From assembly GCF_964355755.1 (NCBI RefSeq), contig NC_092678.1:16907881-16971880 (forward strand): a stretch of DNA of 64,000 nucleotides. The letters are read 5' to 3'. Below, one piece after another: positions 1-15,500 of this stretch. Under the pieces are notes generated by a model. It saw nothing but the letters and a program-made list of their open reading frames with translations, was not told the origin of the DNA and made no database searches. The DNA comes from Antedon mediterranea (taxonomy: Eukaryota; Animalia; Echinodermata). Positions within the stretch are counted from its first letter, which is position 1. Each line of letters begins with the position of its first letter. A program made the position numbers and the translations under genes.

Positions 1-456
1 TTGCAGGGAGACAAGCATGTTAACGGAGTTATTAAGAACATTCATTACTGTTATAAAATAAACTTTGATTCAATTTATCTACTGTAAATCATCGACCAAG
101 TCTAGACCAGGAAACTATGCCGCAATTATCACCACTAATTCTAAATTACATGTGATGCGTAATTAACCAATCAAAATGCAAGAATACAATCAGGTGTGTT
201 ATAATAATAATCTTAACTTAGGATAGGTTGGATGTGAAATAAAATATTTGACATATTTGAAAAAAAAAACAGTATGGATTTGATAAATTGTATTGTTAGA
301 GACAAGAAAATCATTTTTTTGGGGGGTAAATGTCTTGAAATTTGTGCATTTTTTTATAGAATACTTTATCTGACCATATTTGATGGTCTCTTTCTCCATT
401 ATCTAGGATTTATGAAAACTTGAAAATATGAAAAATAATACAACTAGAAAACTTAC

Positions 457-505
457 AGGCTGCATTCCTGGTAACTTCATTGTTCTTTCTAAAAACTTTG
501 GATCT
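457..505 (-). CDS. UBA1: UBA1 exon (last one inside window)
   Basis: [16 protein letters not shown]; ttag acceptor, gtaagt donor. Confidence 0.88.
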
Positions 506-3500
506 CTAAATATAAGAACATTGTTTGTATATTAAAAAAAAGATATTTTTTAAAATTTCTTTATTATATTTTTTACTGCAATTTTATCTCGAAATTTGGT
601 ATTCATGTCCCCGCTCGCAATTTAAGAAACAACATTCTCCTCTGTGTTCACTTTAGTACTTAATGTACTTAAATAATGTTACTTTAGTAGATTAAGTTTT
701 TCTTATAATAGTTTAGTCAAGGTCCATCCCAAAATCATCGTTTTAAATTCCTGTTTTAAATTTCTGTTTCGTCGTAGTTTGTTTCTGAGTTATTGTCCTT
801 GTTTCTGTTAACCCTGCTGTAAGTGGCGGATTTGTTTCTGCTGTTTTCAGATTTAAAAAAAAATAAAATAATAATAATTATTGTCGGTACAGTAATAATC
901 ACAAAATAATAAAAAGTGCTTTTTTTTACTTACGTAATATACATAAGTGCATTATCATATGGATTTTTAAATAGTCCTTCAAATTCATCCCGTGCCCACT
1001 GAAGTGTGTGCTCAATGGCATTGGGAAAGTTTTTTAGCGTGCATATCGGGATTGACTTCTCTGGAGGATCTTGCGATGATGCGTACGATTCTGTCAATGA
1101 GGGCAGCACAACTTGGACGTTGCCTTTTGTTCCTAAAGTTCCAGATTCTAAGAGGGATTTTCGGTAGAATACACACCTTCGGTCCATGTACAACCCTTTC
1201 AAAAGAAATTTGTATTATAGTATTGCAATTTTACACACAGAACTACATACTACACACATTTCTATACTTTTATTTCTGAATGAAAATGGCTTAAATTTAG
1301 AGATGATTAAAACAGAGGAGATTCAAATGCTAACATTTAATATTTTATTTATTACCATATTTAAAAATGTATTGTCTCCCAAAAACATTAAAAATGAAAA
1401 TTTATTAAATCAGACTTTTAATAGGTTAGTTTGTAGTTTTAATAAATCCTTAGCAAAAAACAAAAACAAATGATGTTTTCATTTATAACAAATTTGACAA
1501 TTTTTTGCTTCAAATTACAGTTTTTTTCAGGTAAAAAAATTTGGTTTGGATCTAATTTTTGGTCAAAGTAGATAACTATTATATGACATTAAAATGGCAT
1601 ATTCAACAAAATGAATTGTAAAAATTATTTTTCAGGGGGACAATATTTCTTTAAGGTGGCCTATCCAGTTTTTTTGGAAACTGAATATTTAGAGCCTTTG
1701 ATAAAACTGTGTCTGGGGGATTACCACATATAGAACAGTGATAATTTACTATTGGCCATGTGCCTCAACACGAATGGTGAACGTCTTGCGACATAGTGCA
1801 CTTAAGACTTCTCCAATCAGAGCGATTATTGGCCAAAGTGTGCATGGACGTTATTTTATTTATTTTTCTTTTCGTATCATTTTATATAATTTTCACCCAG
1901 CTGGTTTTGGATCATCGACCTCTTGACTTTTCTCATTGATTCGGATAGAGCTCTTTGCGATGGGACATAAAATAAACAAGCACGAATGTGCGATACTCGG
2001 GGTACAGCAAAAGTAGCTGCGATGGGATGTCACATAAACATCAATAACCTCTTTACCAAATAGTTTATACGGCTATACGGTACCATCTTCAAGACGTCAT
2101 ATATAAAACGGCTTCATCCGGTTTGAAATTTAAAATCCGGCTCTAAAGCTTTGAGGACATGTTCCTGTAGTATATTCATGCCAAATCCTAGCTCAATACT
2201 ACAACGAAATAAGGGAGGAGTAGTACTTTATAAATCGCACTTTTTTTACTCAATAGTGTCGGATGGAAGAGGAGAAGATCAGAGAGTCCTAGACTCGGGT
2301 ACCCCGAGTAAAAATGGACGTAAGCGTTAGTAACAGTAACTTACTGGCATCTACATTATCCAATGCATTGGCAACACCATCTAAGCTCTCAAAGAAATCG
2401 TCGTTATAAATGTGTTCAGTTTCGGGACCGACTCGGTTTAGGTGAGATATAATATTAAAGGATGGATTCATCTTCTTAGCTGCATTAGCGGCACAATCAG
2501 ATTTGGGTTTCTAAAAAAAGATAATGAATTTAGTTAGTAAAAACTTTTTCTGTCTGACTGTCTTTTGAACACTTAAGCCCTTGTTCACACTGAGCTTTAC
2601 AAAAATGGAAAATCATTGATAACCATACTTACAGTATTGGTCTTTTAATAACATGATTTAGTTTAACCGGGTAAACGGTAGTCTGCTAGATTAAAGACAC
2701 CTTCCCTACGTTTTTTAGATCTATTTTAAGATCACAAACTATATTTAATCTAAAAATAATACTATATGGTCCTATTGCGATAACTTTTTTCGTCTTTAAA
2801 TGGTTAAAAATGTGAAAAATAAGTCGATTCTAATAATTATAGCGGCCCGCTATAAATCCCAAAATGCATTGCACGCGGATTGATATTTCTGTTTTTCTTC
2901 TGTAATTCACCCACTTTTCGATCGATCGCGAGGCCAAAACAAATGGAAGACTTTTCAGCCAAAATACCGGGTTTTCCCCAAATTGTATCAACGGAGTCTG
3001 GCAAAAATAGAAAGAAAATTAATGCAGCAACTATACAACGTCAGGTTCGGTATATAGCTAGCGTACGATGTTCGTACGTTACCGATGTTTACAAGCTAGG
3101 CCTACAAAACTAAGCCTAGCTAGGCTAGGCCTAAAGACCGTCCACGAGAGGTCAGTCGCCGCGAGTAGTCGTAGTGCATTGTTTCTCACTTTTTATCATA
3201 ATTTACCATAAAACGTACATTTAAGACAAGGAATGACCTGGTTTAAGGTTTTTAACACTTTGACTGCCAGAGGTTTTTCCAGTTAGAAACTGCCACCACC
3301 AGCGTTTTTAGCCCAATTCGATGTTTTTATTTAAGCTGATTGAAACTATGTATGTAATCTGATTTATAGGTAATTTAGACTAAAATAATCATAAAGATTT
3401 TAGCTTTACAATGGTACCAAGAACGATTTTCAAATCGCAATATGTAAATCGTAATAGTAAAATAAAAGTAACCCACTTTTTGAGTTTTTCGTAGTTTCGC

Positions 3501-6500
3501 GCAAGAAAGTCGAGATATTCGCGATTTTTTGTAAGTCATCACAATATGAAAATATCGCCCGGTGAGATCAACAAACAACGAAAAGGTTACTTACACGGCA
3601 CCGATAGGCCTATAAAAACAAGTTATCACTATCGAAAAATGTATTACATGTTATAAATCATAAATCTTACATCAATGTTTAGCCAAAATCCACATAGTAA
3701 AGACACCAGGTCTAGTTAACCAGGCCTAAATCGTTTTACGACTAGCCTAGGCCTAGTACTACTACTACAAGCCTAGCTAGTAAACTGATGATAATATCTT
3801 CACCATTTTCAAAAAAGTTTGTTGTGTGAAACTCTGTCACTTTCAGTAAAACACCAAAACAATTAGAGTATACATACAATAATAAAATTAAAGACTTCAT
3901 ATTGAAAATGACTCCATTATTTTTTATTCAAATGACAAACAAACATGCCAATCCACAACACCTTTTATAATGCTTCGGCAGCATAGTCTAGCGCGCGACC
4001 GATACACAATGCGCCAAGCCATCGCTTTACGCGCTACTGTTATGCGTGGTGTATGTTATTTCAACAGGTACCATTTTGACCGTGGTTCGTAACCAGATTA
4101 GTTACTTTCAAATAGTAAAATATTGACGGTCCAGACCGAATATAGTGTCCATATTTATAGTATATACCAATAATTAACCTATCTACCGGATTTCGTAAAA
4201 AAACGCGAAACACGAAGATCTTCGTGTTTGGCAGTCAAGCGGTGTGTTTCCAAACACGAAGATCTTTGTGTTTGGCAGTCAAAGTGTTATAAAAGTAATA
4301 TATATGTATTATTTTTACAAAACGTCACAAATTGTAGGGAAGGTGTCTTAATAATTTGATTTAACCCTGAAAGAATTTTAGCCATCATTCAAAGTCAGAA
4401 TTAAACCTTGACAAAAGGTCAGTATTAAACACTGGCAACAGGTTAGAATTGAACCCTGGCAAAAGTAATGATTGAACCTTGTCAAAAAAGCAAAAGTTCA
4501 GGATTGCCCCGGCACGAGTTGATTGAACTCTTGCAAGAGATCAAGATTGAACCCTGGCAAGGTGAGGATTGAACCCTGGCAAAAGGTCAGAATTGAACCT
4601 TGGCAAAAGTTCATGACGGAAATCTGGCAAAAGATAAAGATTGAAACCTGGCAAGAGGTGAGGGTTGAACCCTTGCAAGAGGTCAAGATTGACCCATGGC
4701 AAGATGACAGGATTGCATTTTTGGATTGGAATGATAACTGCTACTGTATAGCTCCAATACTTGGGAGGTTGTCCAAAGAGTGTAAAGAACATACTATTTC
4801 ATTATATTCAAGAAAATAAAAAGTAGTAGTACCCCACCGTCCCCTGGGACATCGCGATTAGGCAGAATAAAGGGCAACCAGCCTTGATTTAAAGAAAACT
4901 CTGTTGTTTGTTTCCTCTTAATAGAGGATTCCTTTTGCATACTTACAGATACATCATGAGGTCGGAACAAGAACTGTCTATTTAGGTTGGACTTTTCTAT
5001 AATGTCCATGTCAGTAACTGTTACTCTCCCCTCTGGACTACAGCCTACGCCAACCATTGAGAAACTCTTTAATAGCTCACAACCTATAGCACCAGCACCA
5101 ACCTACACAAAAAAAAAACACACATTGTCACTTTTAAATGTTCAAATATTCTATAAAACAAACGATTACAGAATTTCTATCAAGCAAGGCCAACAGCCAT
5201 TAAGTCGCGTGCTAAAACTCATAGCGATACCAGACCGACAGACAGGACCGACAGACCGTCATAGCGAACTATAGAGTCGCGTCCACGCGACTAAAAATTG
5301 AGGGTGCTAATATAAATGCTGTAAAACCAGAACCATTTGCGAATTGAAAAATAAAGTAAAAATAAATACTGTAACAAGAGCGTGTCAATCCATCGTGGAC
5401 ACAACCTTTGTGTTACAATGCATTATAGTAAAATTAATAAAAAAATCATGTCAACCATCAGGTGTGCGGCGACGTTCGTGTTAAAGCTATTGTATATTAT
5501 TAACTTGTAATTATTTGACACAATTCCAATGTCCAGGCATTATTGTACGGTACTGTATTCTCACAGAAATGCATCGTCCTTTGTCTTTACCAACAATACG
5601 CGATAAAGCAAACTAACCAGTCAGTCTATCAGTAGTAGGCGCGCATGTTCTGGAATGAATTGTAGTACTTTCTTTTGCGTACTCAATAAAATTTAATTGC
5701 TGCATGAAACTTTTTCAAATTTCGGCGATTGAAATTCAAGAAATTTTTATGTGCACAAAAGTTTCTGGTTTTACAGTAGTGTCCAGTTAAAAAATTGTCT
5801 AGGGACATAGTCTTATTTTTTTTAGGTCCTCTGACCTGGTATGTGTCTTTGTCAATGAATTGAGAGGAGTAATTGGAAATATAATAGAATTAATAATGAT
5901 ACAAATTGTCTTTCAATATCATAACTTACAATAAAGTATTTTAAACTTTCTAGCTTCCTTTGAAAACTGTCCCCAAACACAGCAATCTGTCCATCATATC
6001 GGCTACCTTTCTGTAGAAAACACATATTTACAAATTATTAAATAAAGAACAAATCGAAACATGGTAGACCATGTTCACACATACGGCACAAGACTGACCT
6101 GAACACCAAGATGTTCACACGAATGGCATTCATTAATTAATAAATGCCATCAAACAGAGCAGTGCAATGTATTCATTTTATCTTTTACAGCTTTAAAAGA
6201 AGTCTGGAGGTAACTTTGATAACAAAGTCTTAAAAAAAAACTATTCTTACGCCACACATGGAAACATATGCCCTCAACTTTTTACATGAGAAATTTGATA
6301 GAGGATTAGTAACTCTATAGTATTTTTCCTAGTGTCTACTAGATAACACAATGTCTTGTGATTCTGCCTTGGAAAACCCCATTATCAAGTTAAAAATAAG
6401 ACTAAATTACTAGTCCTACTTACTGGTTGACATTCTTGCTCAGTTAGATGGTCAGTTCCGTCTTCCTGATGGCATTCCAAAGCATCGAAGTACATCCACT

Positions 6501-9500
6501 GTTTTATAGGGTTAAATTTACCGCTACATGCCTGCCGAATCAATTTAAAACATGATTATTTATTCACCCTGAAAACACTTTCTAAATGGAGTAATGGAGC
6601 TGTAGCTTGGTAGTTAACGTACTTGCTTCCAATTCTAAGGTCTAGGGTTCCATCCTGACCTAGTGCCAGGGTTGTAACTAACAACTCTTTCAACTCTACT
6701 CCTCAAATGAGATTTAGTTTATAAGCATGATACATTATAAAATAATTTATCCATCCTGTAATTAGCGAGTTTGGGCGCTTTGTACACATATGAAATCTAA
6801 TATTAATTATACTATCTCGTCAAACTTTAGAGAATAAATGAAAAAAAAAAACTGAAGGTAGTTATTGTAGGAACCTTGAGAACTTCTTGCGCAGTGGCAC
6901 CACCAATGAAGGCTTGCATCGGGCATATATCGCCTGTAGCATTGTAGGCTAATTGTGTAATTAGACTCTCATCAACAGACTCTTGTTTAGCACCTTCTGC
7001 TGCTTTGTTGTTTATTTCCTTTGCTATGGCAACCATGGCAGCTGCATCCTCCTGTTGAGATATTCAAATAAGTTATTTTCATTTAAGAATATTTACAATA
7101 AAAGGTTTTGCAATAAAGAGAATTGTCATTATGTACCCAGGGATGTCACCACGCTGGTCGGCGCTGGTCGGCCCCGACCAGCACTCAACATTTCCGACCA
7201 GGATTTACAGGCTGCCGACCACCACTATTATTTATTAATCATTACGATATTTCTTAGGCCTAGGCCTAACTAAAATTCGTACTAAAACATTTTACCTAGC
7301 ACATCGTTAATAACAGACAAGCTAGCCTCATATAGATAAGACAAAAGACTACAGCAAATGTTCCCGTGGTTACGTACGTTACTTTATTTGTAACACAATA
7401 CCAGGCCTACCCTGCCCTGGTATTCATTGTTACAGCTTGTGAGTCATGGCGAACAACATGCTACACAGCACAGTGTACAAGTTTAAAGTTCACATAGCGA
7501 CCATTCAAGCGTTTTATTTTGCACAGATTAAGAATACAAACAAGTACGCAGTAATTAAAAATGTATAACTACATAGACCCAAACAAAATCATTTTTAATT
7601 GCTGAATGTTTTGTCACCCTGCTTTAATTATATTATGTTAAAGTTTTACATTTTTGTACTCTACGAACTATTAAAAAAAACAAAAAAAAACATGCGCATG
7701 GTTCAGTGAGACCGGGCAAGTTCGTTCGTTTATGATCGCCGAGCATGGTACAATAATTACATGTCCCTGGGATAACTTCAGGTTGCTGAACTTCAGTTAA
7801 CCCATAAACACGTGTCTCTGTTCTTGCCGGCCATGCACTACATGCTTGCCGCACAGTTGTGAAACAAAAAATCCGGAATTCGCGAATACGCTAAAAAACT
7901 CTCGCGCAAAAGAACACGTAGTAAGGTCTAGGCTAATAATTTATCTACATTATTTGATTAGGGATTAGGCCTAAATAAAGAAGCGCCCGTTTTTGTGGAA
8001 TTCAGATTTTGTGTTTTGGGGCATCTATCTAAGCCTTGGCTAGGCCTTAGTGGTCGTAGTGTCTACAAGGCTAGGTCTAAGCCTGACGCGATCTATTGCT
8101 ATTCATTTCGTGAGCGTTTTTTTGTTTTCGCGAATAATAACGGCGACTCCCCGGTGGTACAAGGTTAGGCCTATTTGGTCGCAATTTGTTGTTATTTATT
8201 TTCATAATTCTTTATGTTTCGCTGAAATAACGTCAACCCCCCCCCCCCCCCCGGGGGATACCCCCGGAGGGGGGGGGGGGGGGGGGGTTAAACCCGACCG
8301 GCACTCCAAAAAGCTGGTGACATCCCTGTGTACCTGTGTAAGGTTTTAATCAATGAGTGAGAGCTTATTTCGAAACTGATTGTAATTTGTCATTACGGTC
8401 GGTTAGTTGGTTACCATATAACGCGTGAACAACATGATTCATAGTTAAAAAGGTGCCATTATGTGTGGGCGCTATGGCAACATCAAACTTAGGCGTCATC
8501 TACAAATTATTTCAGACCACAGAGACGCGTCTGAAAACTTGCAACCCATCAGACGCGTCTGTCCAATGCTGAACCTCATTAACAATCTATTATGAATATT
8601 CATGAGCTACCCAATCGCGCCGAAGACGCGTCTGTGTGATTAAAACCCGTCTTCGCTGTTAGTAGGTAAAACAATAGAAAACGCGTCTGAGTGATTAAAA
8701 CCCGTCTGTATTGCTTGTATGGTGAAACAACATTGGTATCATTTCACAGAACCAACAAATCTGAGACTAGGCCTAGGTTATCCTAATTTGGACGGAAATT
8801 TGCCGATGAGAGGACATCGGGCCTGTGGACCTCAGCTCATGCAGAGAGAAAGAAAGCCTAGGCTAGCCTAGTTTCGGCGGCCTACACTAGGCCTATAAAT
8901 TATTTAACGCTCCTACCTTGGGTTAGCGAATTATAAAAACAATGACGCCTAGGCTAGGATATGAAAATAAATATATATTCCATATTAAGATTTAACATAG
9001 GCCTAGGGCCTAGGCCGTTTAAAATGATTACGACATGTGTAAAGAAAAAGGCTCGACCAGAATTTGGAGGGGAAAAAACATGTGAGCAGTTTAGAGCTAG
9101 AGAGAGAGTATTATGTTTCATGTCATGTGACACAAAATCCAGGTACACTATCTTAATTACAGTTTTATCGTCGTCAGACGGCAGCCACCAGAGTATCGCG
9201 TTTCATGCCATGTGACCAAAAAAACTAGGTCTGTATTTATTACGGTCTTCTGTCGGCAGTCTTTTTGAGCAAAATGTTGAGCGACCGACTGAAAACGTTC
9301 TGATACTATATTTAGAATGAATGTTTACGATCTTTTTTTCTCGGCATCGTTCTGGATGGACTGGACGTTCGCTATAATATGTTTATTAGTTGGCCTGTTC
9401 GTTGAGGTTCACCTGTGTTGGATCGCGTGTCTCTACGTTTACATCGTGGGAAACTTATATTTATATTCGCCGTTGAGTAGGTAAACACGCACGAAGGAAA

Positions 9501-12500
9501 CGATTACGATTAAAAAATATTATATTATATTTACAACTTGGTCCTCCGCCAGTTAAATTTAACACATTAATTTCACACCTTACTTCACTAAGAACATCGT
9601 AGGGTTGTTTATTTAGGTTACGAACTCCCTACGAAGTTCAGAATGTAGTTCATTGAAAGTTGTTTATTGAGGTTACGAAGCCAAACAATGGAACCTACGA
9701 AGCCAACAACGTAGCCTACAAAGCTACTTCGTAGGTAAAGTTGCAGTATTTTCTTTCTGTACTGTAGGTCAATAGTTTGAGTGATTCCATGTTCCAAAAG
9801 TTAACTTTAACGTTTTTGCATGTGGTAAATTCACTCTTTACCACAAGAAAAATAAAATCGCAAAAATAAAAGGTCGCGAATAAATAGAAACGAAAATTTG
9901 CGCTTTACATACTCTGTCGGCGGTAAAAGGGTATACCTGTACTGATTTGTTTGTCTTACTGCCGGTTGTAAATAATAATTTAATATCACGCTCTCAATGA
10001 ATTCACTTGTATGTAGCGCGTTTAACACCAGTACACAGTATAACAATGTGCAGTCAGCCGTATATAGGGGCGGGGCCATAGTCGAACATGCATATTGGCG
10101 TCTAGACGCAGCCAAATCAGACGGGTTTTGAGACGCGTTTTTGGGTAAACAATAGAAAACGCGTCTGGACGCTGATTTGTGGTCTGAAATAATTTGTAGA
10201 TGACGCCTTATCGCTACTGGTCATGGTTACTCTTACCATCTACATTTTTTCCGCACCTCTTAGTGGCTTGGGGAGCTTATATCGAAACAGTTAACATAAG
10301 CTTACCTTAAGATCTAAAAATAATGTTGCTTAATTTTTCCTGCACCAAAACAAATTTAAATATACTTTTTTACTTACTTTATTTCGAGGTCTTGGAATAG
10401 CACCTTTTGTTTTAATGAATTCATGCAGGGCTTGAAAACCTATGTGAAGTTGACCTGGGCGGTCAAACTTGCCAAAGTCTGTTAGCAAAAACTCTGGTTC
10501 ATCAAGAGATTGTTTTATAGATTTCTAGATCCAAAAAAAAAAAAAAAAAGGTTTATTCAGTCAATATGAATTTTTGTACACAATATTACATTATTCTTTA
10601 TTCCTATAAGGCTATTCAATGGTTAGAAGTTAGGGCTGACATTAGGGGTCATACTAATATTATTTTCTACTGCAGTTGATGCAGTAATTACTTTTTAAGA
10701 TATGTATACAATTATTTCGCAAGGTTTTAAAAGGATAATAATACTGTTAGTGCAGTGACTGCCTGATAAAATACTTTGAAACACATTAAAGTAATGTTAC
10801 TGCAGTAACAAAATGTAGTTACTGCAGCAGAATAATTATAACAACTATACATACTTTTTCTGTACAGTATATAAGTCTGAATCTATATCAAACGATGCCA
10901 TTTTCTGTGACCTTAATAACTTTTATGTAAATTTAAGTCATATTTGTTTTTAACATATATTGCATTTTATTCGCTTTTGTGAATTTTAACTTTTGTACTG
11001 TATAAAATGTCGTAAATTTTAAGCTGAGGGACTTCTGGGTGCCGTTTTTTTGTCGAACAAATAAATGAAAATAAACTAAACACATTGATATAGTCCGCTA
11101 TTTTCAAATACACAATTACAACAATAGTATTTAGTATCTGCCTCAGACGTATTGGCTTATGCCTTTCCTCTGGTGAAGGTGGGCACAGGACGAGAGAAGC
11201 CCTTGATCAAAGTTAGGACCAATCAAGGTGCTTTAAAACAGACCTGGCTTTGTTTGTATCAAACCTGTTAAGTGGCGGTAATTAGCGCTGTTAAGTTTCG
11301 ATTGAATAAAATATATAAAAAAAAAATAATCACCATATTGAGAAAGTAGGACGAAGTATTTTTACTTACAAATGAGACTTTCGTGGGCATCTTCACTTGA
11401 GTGACAATACCTCCTCTAGTGTAATCCGACATGCTTGTTGTATCACCAATACTGAACGAGTACGGACCAAGCACCTTTATCTTGCGCGGTTGGCACTGAT
11501 TCAGTTCAACCATACCCTACGTAATAAAATGAAAATATTGTTGAGACCATAATCAAGAGCAATCAAGAGCATCTATGATTAAATAGTGGATAAATCGAAG
11601 GTCAACTGATGTCACAATTTAAAGACTTTTTGTCCCCCAATTAATTAAATCAGACTTTTAATAGGTTATTTAAACACTTCCACAGAAAAAAAAATAGGGA
11701 AAAAAAAAATGTTTTCAATTAAAAAATGACAAATAAATGGTTGAATTTTTGGTAATGGTAGCACATTTTAAAAAGAAAAAAATATTTTATACTTACTTGA
11801 ACTTCTGCAAATGTGACATAATCTCCGGACTCTAAGCCATGCCTGGTCTCATCTAAACACATTACAATTCCATCCTTATCCTAAAATCGTAAATAAAATA
11901 ACCCATTTCAGAATGTTCAGTATTTATTTAACATTTTAAAAGAAGAATAATTTTAAACAAATGTTAGCAGTTAGAGTGAGTCAATCAGTCGATAAAATTG
12001 TATCTTTTTCCCATCTACATTTATTTGAAAAATAGCAAATAATAATGCATTTTGGGATTGCATACCTTAGTAACCGATGAAACCATGTTGCTAATTGGCT
12101 GTTCTCCAGTGGTGTCCACGACAACAAAATCCTTGCCAAAATCACAGAAGATCTGACCAAATAAGCCTCTTGTGTCTGCTACAATAATGTGAATACCCTT
12201 TGAGTGGCAAAACTCACCCAAGGCAAGCTGGGTATCTAAGGTTGAATTTGTCAACACGACAACCTGAAACAAACGTCAAAATGTCGACAATAATATTTGA
12301 TTGATTGATTGATTGATTTCTTTATTAACTGAGTCAACATAGATACATACAATTAAAACATGTAAACAATTAAAAATCAGTACAGTACTTGAGTTAAAAG
12401 GATATCCCAAAAATTAAAAACTTATTTCAATTGGGGTCCAGAAACATAGAGAAACAAATTGCACAGATTCCTTATACTAAGACGAGAATAGATTAAAAGT

Positions 12501-15500
12501 TAAAATCCAAAATTTAAAATACGAATATTTAAAAGATTAAAAATTTGTATAAAATGCTTATGTGAAAAAATTTAAAAATACAATGATTTTAGGGACTGTT
12601 TAAAAGAAGTTGTGTACTAATAAACCAAGTGTAAACGAGTGCTGCGATCACATCTTAAAGCAAACATAGAAACGTGATGATGCAGCTACTAAAATACCTC
12701 CCAACAGACTAATGTACTGTACAATTGTCGCCTGCAATAATTGATTTCACCCACAGAGGTTGTCTTAGGCCACATGTTTGTAGACAAACCATGACCTTTG
12801 GGAAGCAATGATGCATGTAGAACTGGAGCAATAATAGCCAATTTGCCAAGCATTTCATAGTTTTTGTAATAAAATTAGTAAAATTGTATAATTTTGTATT
12901 GTTAGATTTTAAGATTTATATATATTTTTATATGGTATAGTTTATTCCATTCTGTAAGGGGCGGGTTTCCCGCTGTGGAATGAGTTTGAATAAAATAAAA
13001 ATAAAATATTTTGAAATAATTATGCAACAAGATTATGGGATTATTATACCATAATGTAAAGTACTTTTCGCATTGTAAATTGTTTTGATTATTTGATTTG
13101 TTTATTTTAATATTTTAATTATATTTATTAGTTATTTCTCAGTTCGTGTTTTGTTAAGGGGCCGTCCAAAAACTAATTTTCCGCGAGTTCCGCGATAACA
13201 TACCCTATTACTTACTCAACCATGAAAGTGAACGTCTCTTGCGGTAATGAGGCAAAATCATTCAAGCTTGATTTTCTCGCGGAACTCATGAATATTCATT
13301 AATATCGCGAGACTCGCGAAAGCCTTACAATATCGCGGAACTCGCGGCAGTATTGCCAATACTAGAGAATATAGTGCTCGTTTGAATAACGCTTTGCCAG
13401 CCAGGTATTACGGTAATTGATGTTTACAGAAGAACAAATATTTCAATATTGTTTACAATTGTTATATCCATTCGTGTGTCTGATCTTGTTTTTGTTATTA
13501 ATAAATATATAGATAATAATAAATGAAATGTGAGTGCCCTTCCCGAGTTTTACCACAATAAAAACCACTGAAGTAGATAGAAAATAATGTCAAGAAGATT
13601 TGTTTACACAACGACTCGGACGAGACGCAAACATATTCGCCTGACTTCTTTGCAAGGGGATTTCCCTTGCTTGCAGAGGCCTCCTTCTTGCGTTTACATT
13701 TTTTAACGTTGTCGCCACATTGTCATTGCCACGCCGCTAGCCTGGTAAAAACAACTACCAAGGTAGGCCTAGATTTATTATGAAATGCTTAGCTTGTTAA
13801 ACAATGATAGTCCCCTGTGTACAGTACAGAAAGAAAATAATAAATCAGATTACGACGCATTACACGCACTCCTAGCCTATCCTCCCACCGCCGATCCGAT
13901 CGAGAACACATGCAATTCAATTCATTGGGAAAACAATTCCATTTGACGCACACGCACCCCTCTGATAAGAAATTTAACACGGCGTCGTGTCGTGTACATA
14001 CATCCTCCACGCACGAAAGATCTAGAAGGATCGTTGGAAAAACAATTCCTTTTGACGTACACGCACCCTCTGATAAGAAAATACCATGTGCGTTCCTACA
14101 TGGTGCAGTCCATTATACGTCTAAAATTAGGGGTGTCCACTTTTAGTAACAAAGTTAAACACGCACCTCAATCCGAAGATCGTTGGAAGTATATTATATT
14201 TATATTTTATCGCACCCACCTAAATAATCCAGCCGACAGATCATCGAAAAATCTTGTTTAACAACGTCGTACACTAAATTAACAAACGCGTTTTTACCGA
14301 CCTCAAAGAAATGGTATATTCCACAATACATGTGCAGAATTAATTCTAAACTAACAGAGAGAGAGGGGTCGGCGTCCGTCCGTGTTTTGAATTTTATATT
14401 AAAAAAACAGCTTTAAAAATCGAAACTCGGAAAATAACTATAATTTATATTCTACTACATAATGTCATTGGCTTGAATTTTACCGTGGTTGAAACCCTGT
14501 GTATGAATAGTTGTAGTTAAGGCCTACAAACAAATAGTTTTGGTATCATTTTCTCCGTTAGTATCAGAGTAGTTTAAGTAGGACTAGGCCTAGTAGAGTA
14601 CTAGCCTACTGTAGTCGAAGTCGGCCAACCTAGCTAGGCCTAAAAAAACGTGCTATTTTGTACTATTATCTCATCTATTTATTATGCCGTTACCCGCGGA
14701 ACTCGCGATATGTGGGCGGCAACATTTTGATTGTTGATATGAATATTCATCAATTGCGTTCCGCGAGCATTCCGAATGAATATTTTTGTATCGCACGTTC
14801 CGCGGAAATGAGGTTCAATGAACTATGAAGGTAAAATCGCGGAACTCGCGGAAAATTAGTTTTTGGACGGCCCCTAAGATTTACTCTTTCCTGCTCATGA
14901 AGTTGCATCACTATGGCAGTGTTTGCCACTGATAAAAAAAATGAAACTAATTGCTATGCAGGTATTTCCAACTCAACATGTCAAAACTGTAAACAGATTT
15001 TTTCTGTTATAAAACTACTGAACATATTTTAAACATCAGAAATTATACAAAAAACTATATTCTGTATGGATAAAAAACAGGTCTTATATAACAAATTAAC
15101 ATACTAAAACTACCAGTATGATTAAATTCTCACCTGAAAATTACTAACAAATGCCTCATTTAGTGCAGTGGTGTGATGCGATACTGGTACGTAGGAATTT
15201 AACTCGGCCAGGCGGGGAGACGTCACTTCTGCCCTTTTCTTGCCGATGTCTTCTTTGCGAAGAAAAAACTGTAATAGCAACCAAAAATAAGTGTGAAGCT
15301 TAAAGATTTTCCACCAGGTGAATTCATTCATGCGAATCCAATGTATTCAGACAAAATAGCAAATAGATATCATTTTCAATTCGATTACGTGTTGGTGTTA
15401 GTGGTTCGATTTGCATAAGACATCCTGTAAATGTGTACTTTGACTCTACAAAATCTTTTTGGGTAGGAAAGAGGGAAAGAAATGTCTTACTTGTGAAGAT

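Noticed and set aside
992-1279. Plus-strand ORFs antisense to UBA1 and ALAS exons (also 4987-5274, 15459-15665, 42267-42464, 47303-47515)
   Set aside because: Shadow ORFs of the real minus-strand exons
4498-4819. Overlapping ORFs with VRIEPWQK repeats
   Set aside because: Product of the 21-bp SINE-related tandem repeat; no splice or homology support
12298-13010. LINE 3' tails (ATTG repeat end, AATAA tails; similar at ~40930-41055 and ~55375-55470)
   Set aside because: Suggestive A-rich or microsatellite ends but no reverse transcriptase coding remnant was recognised
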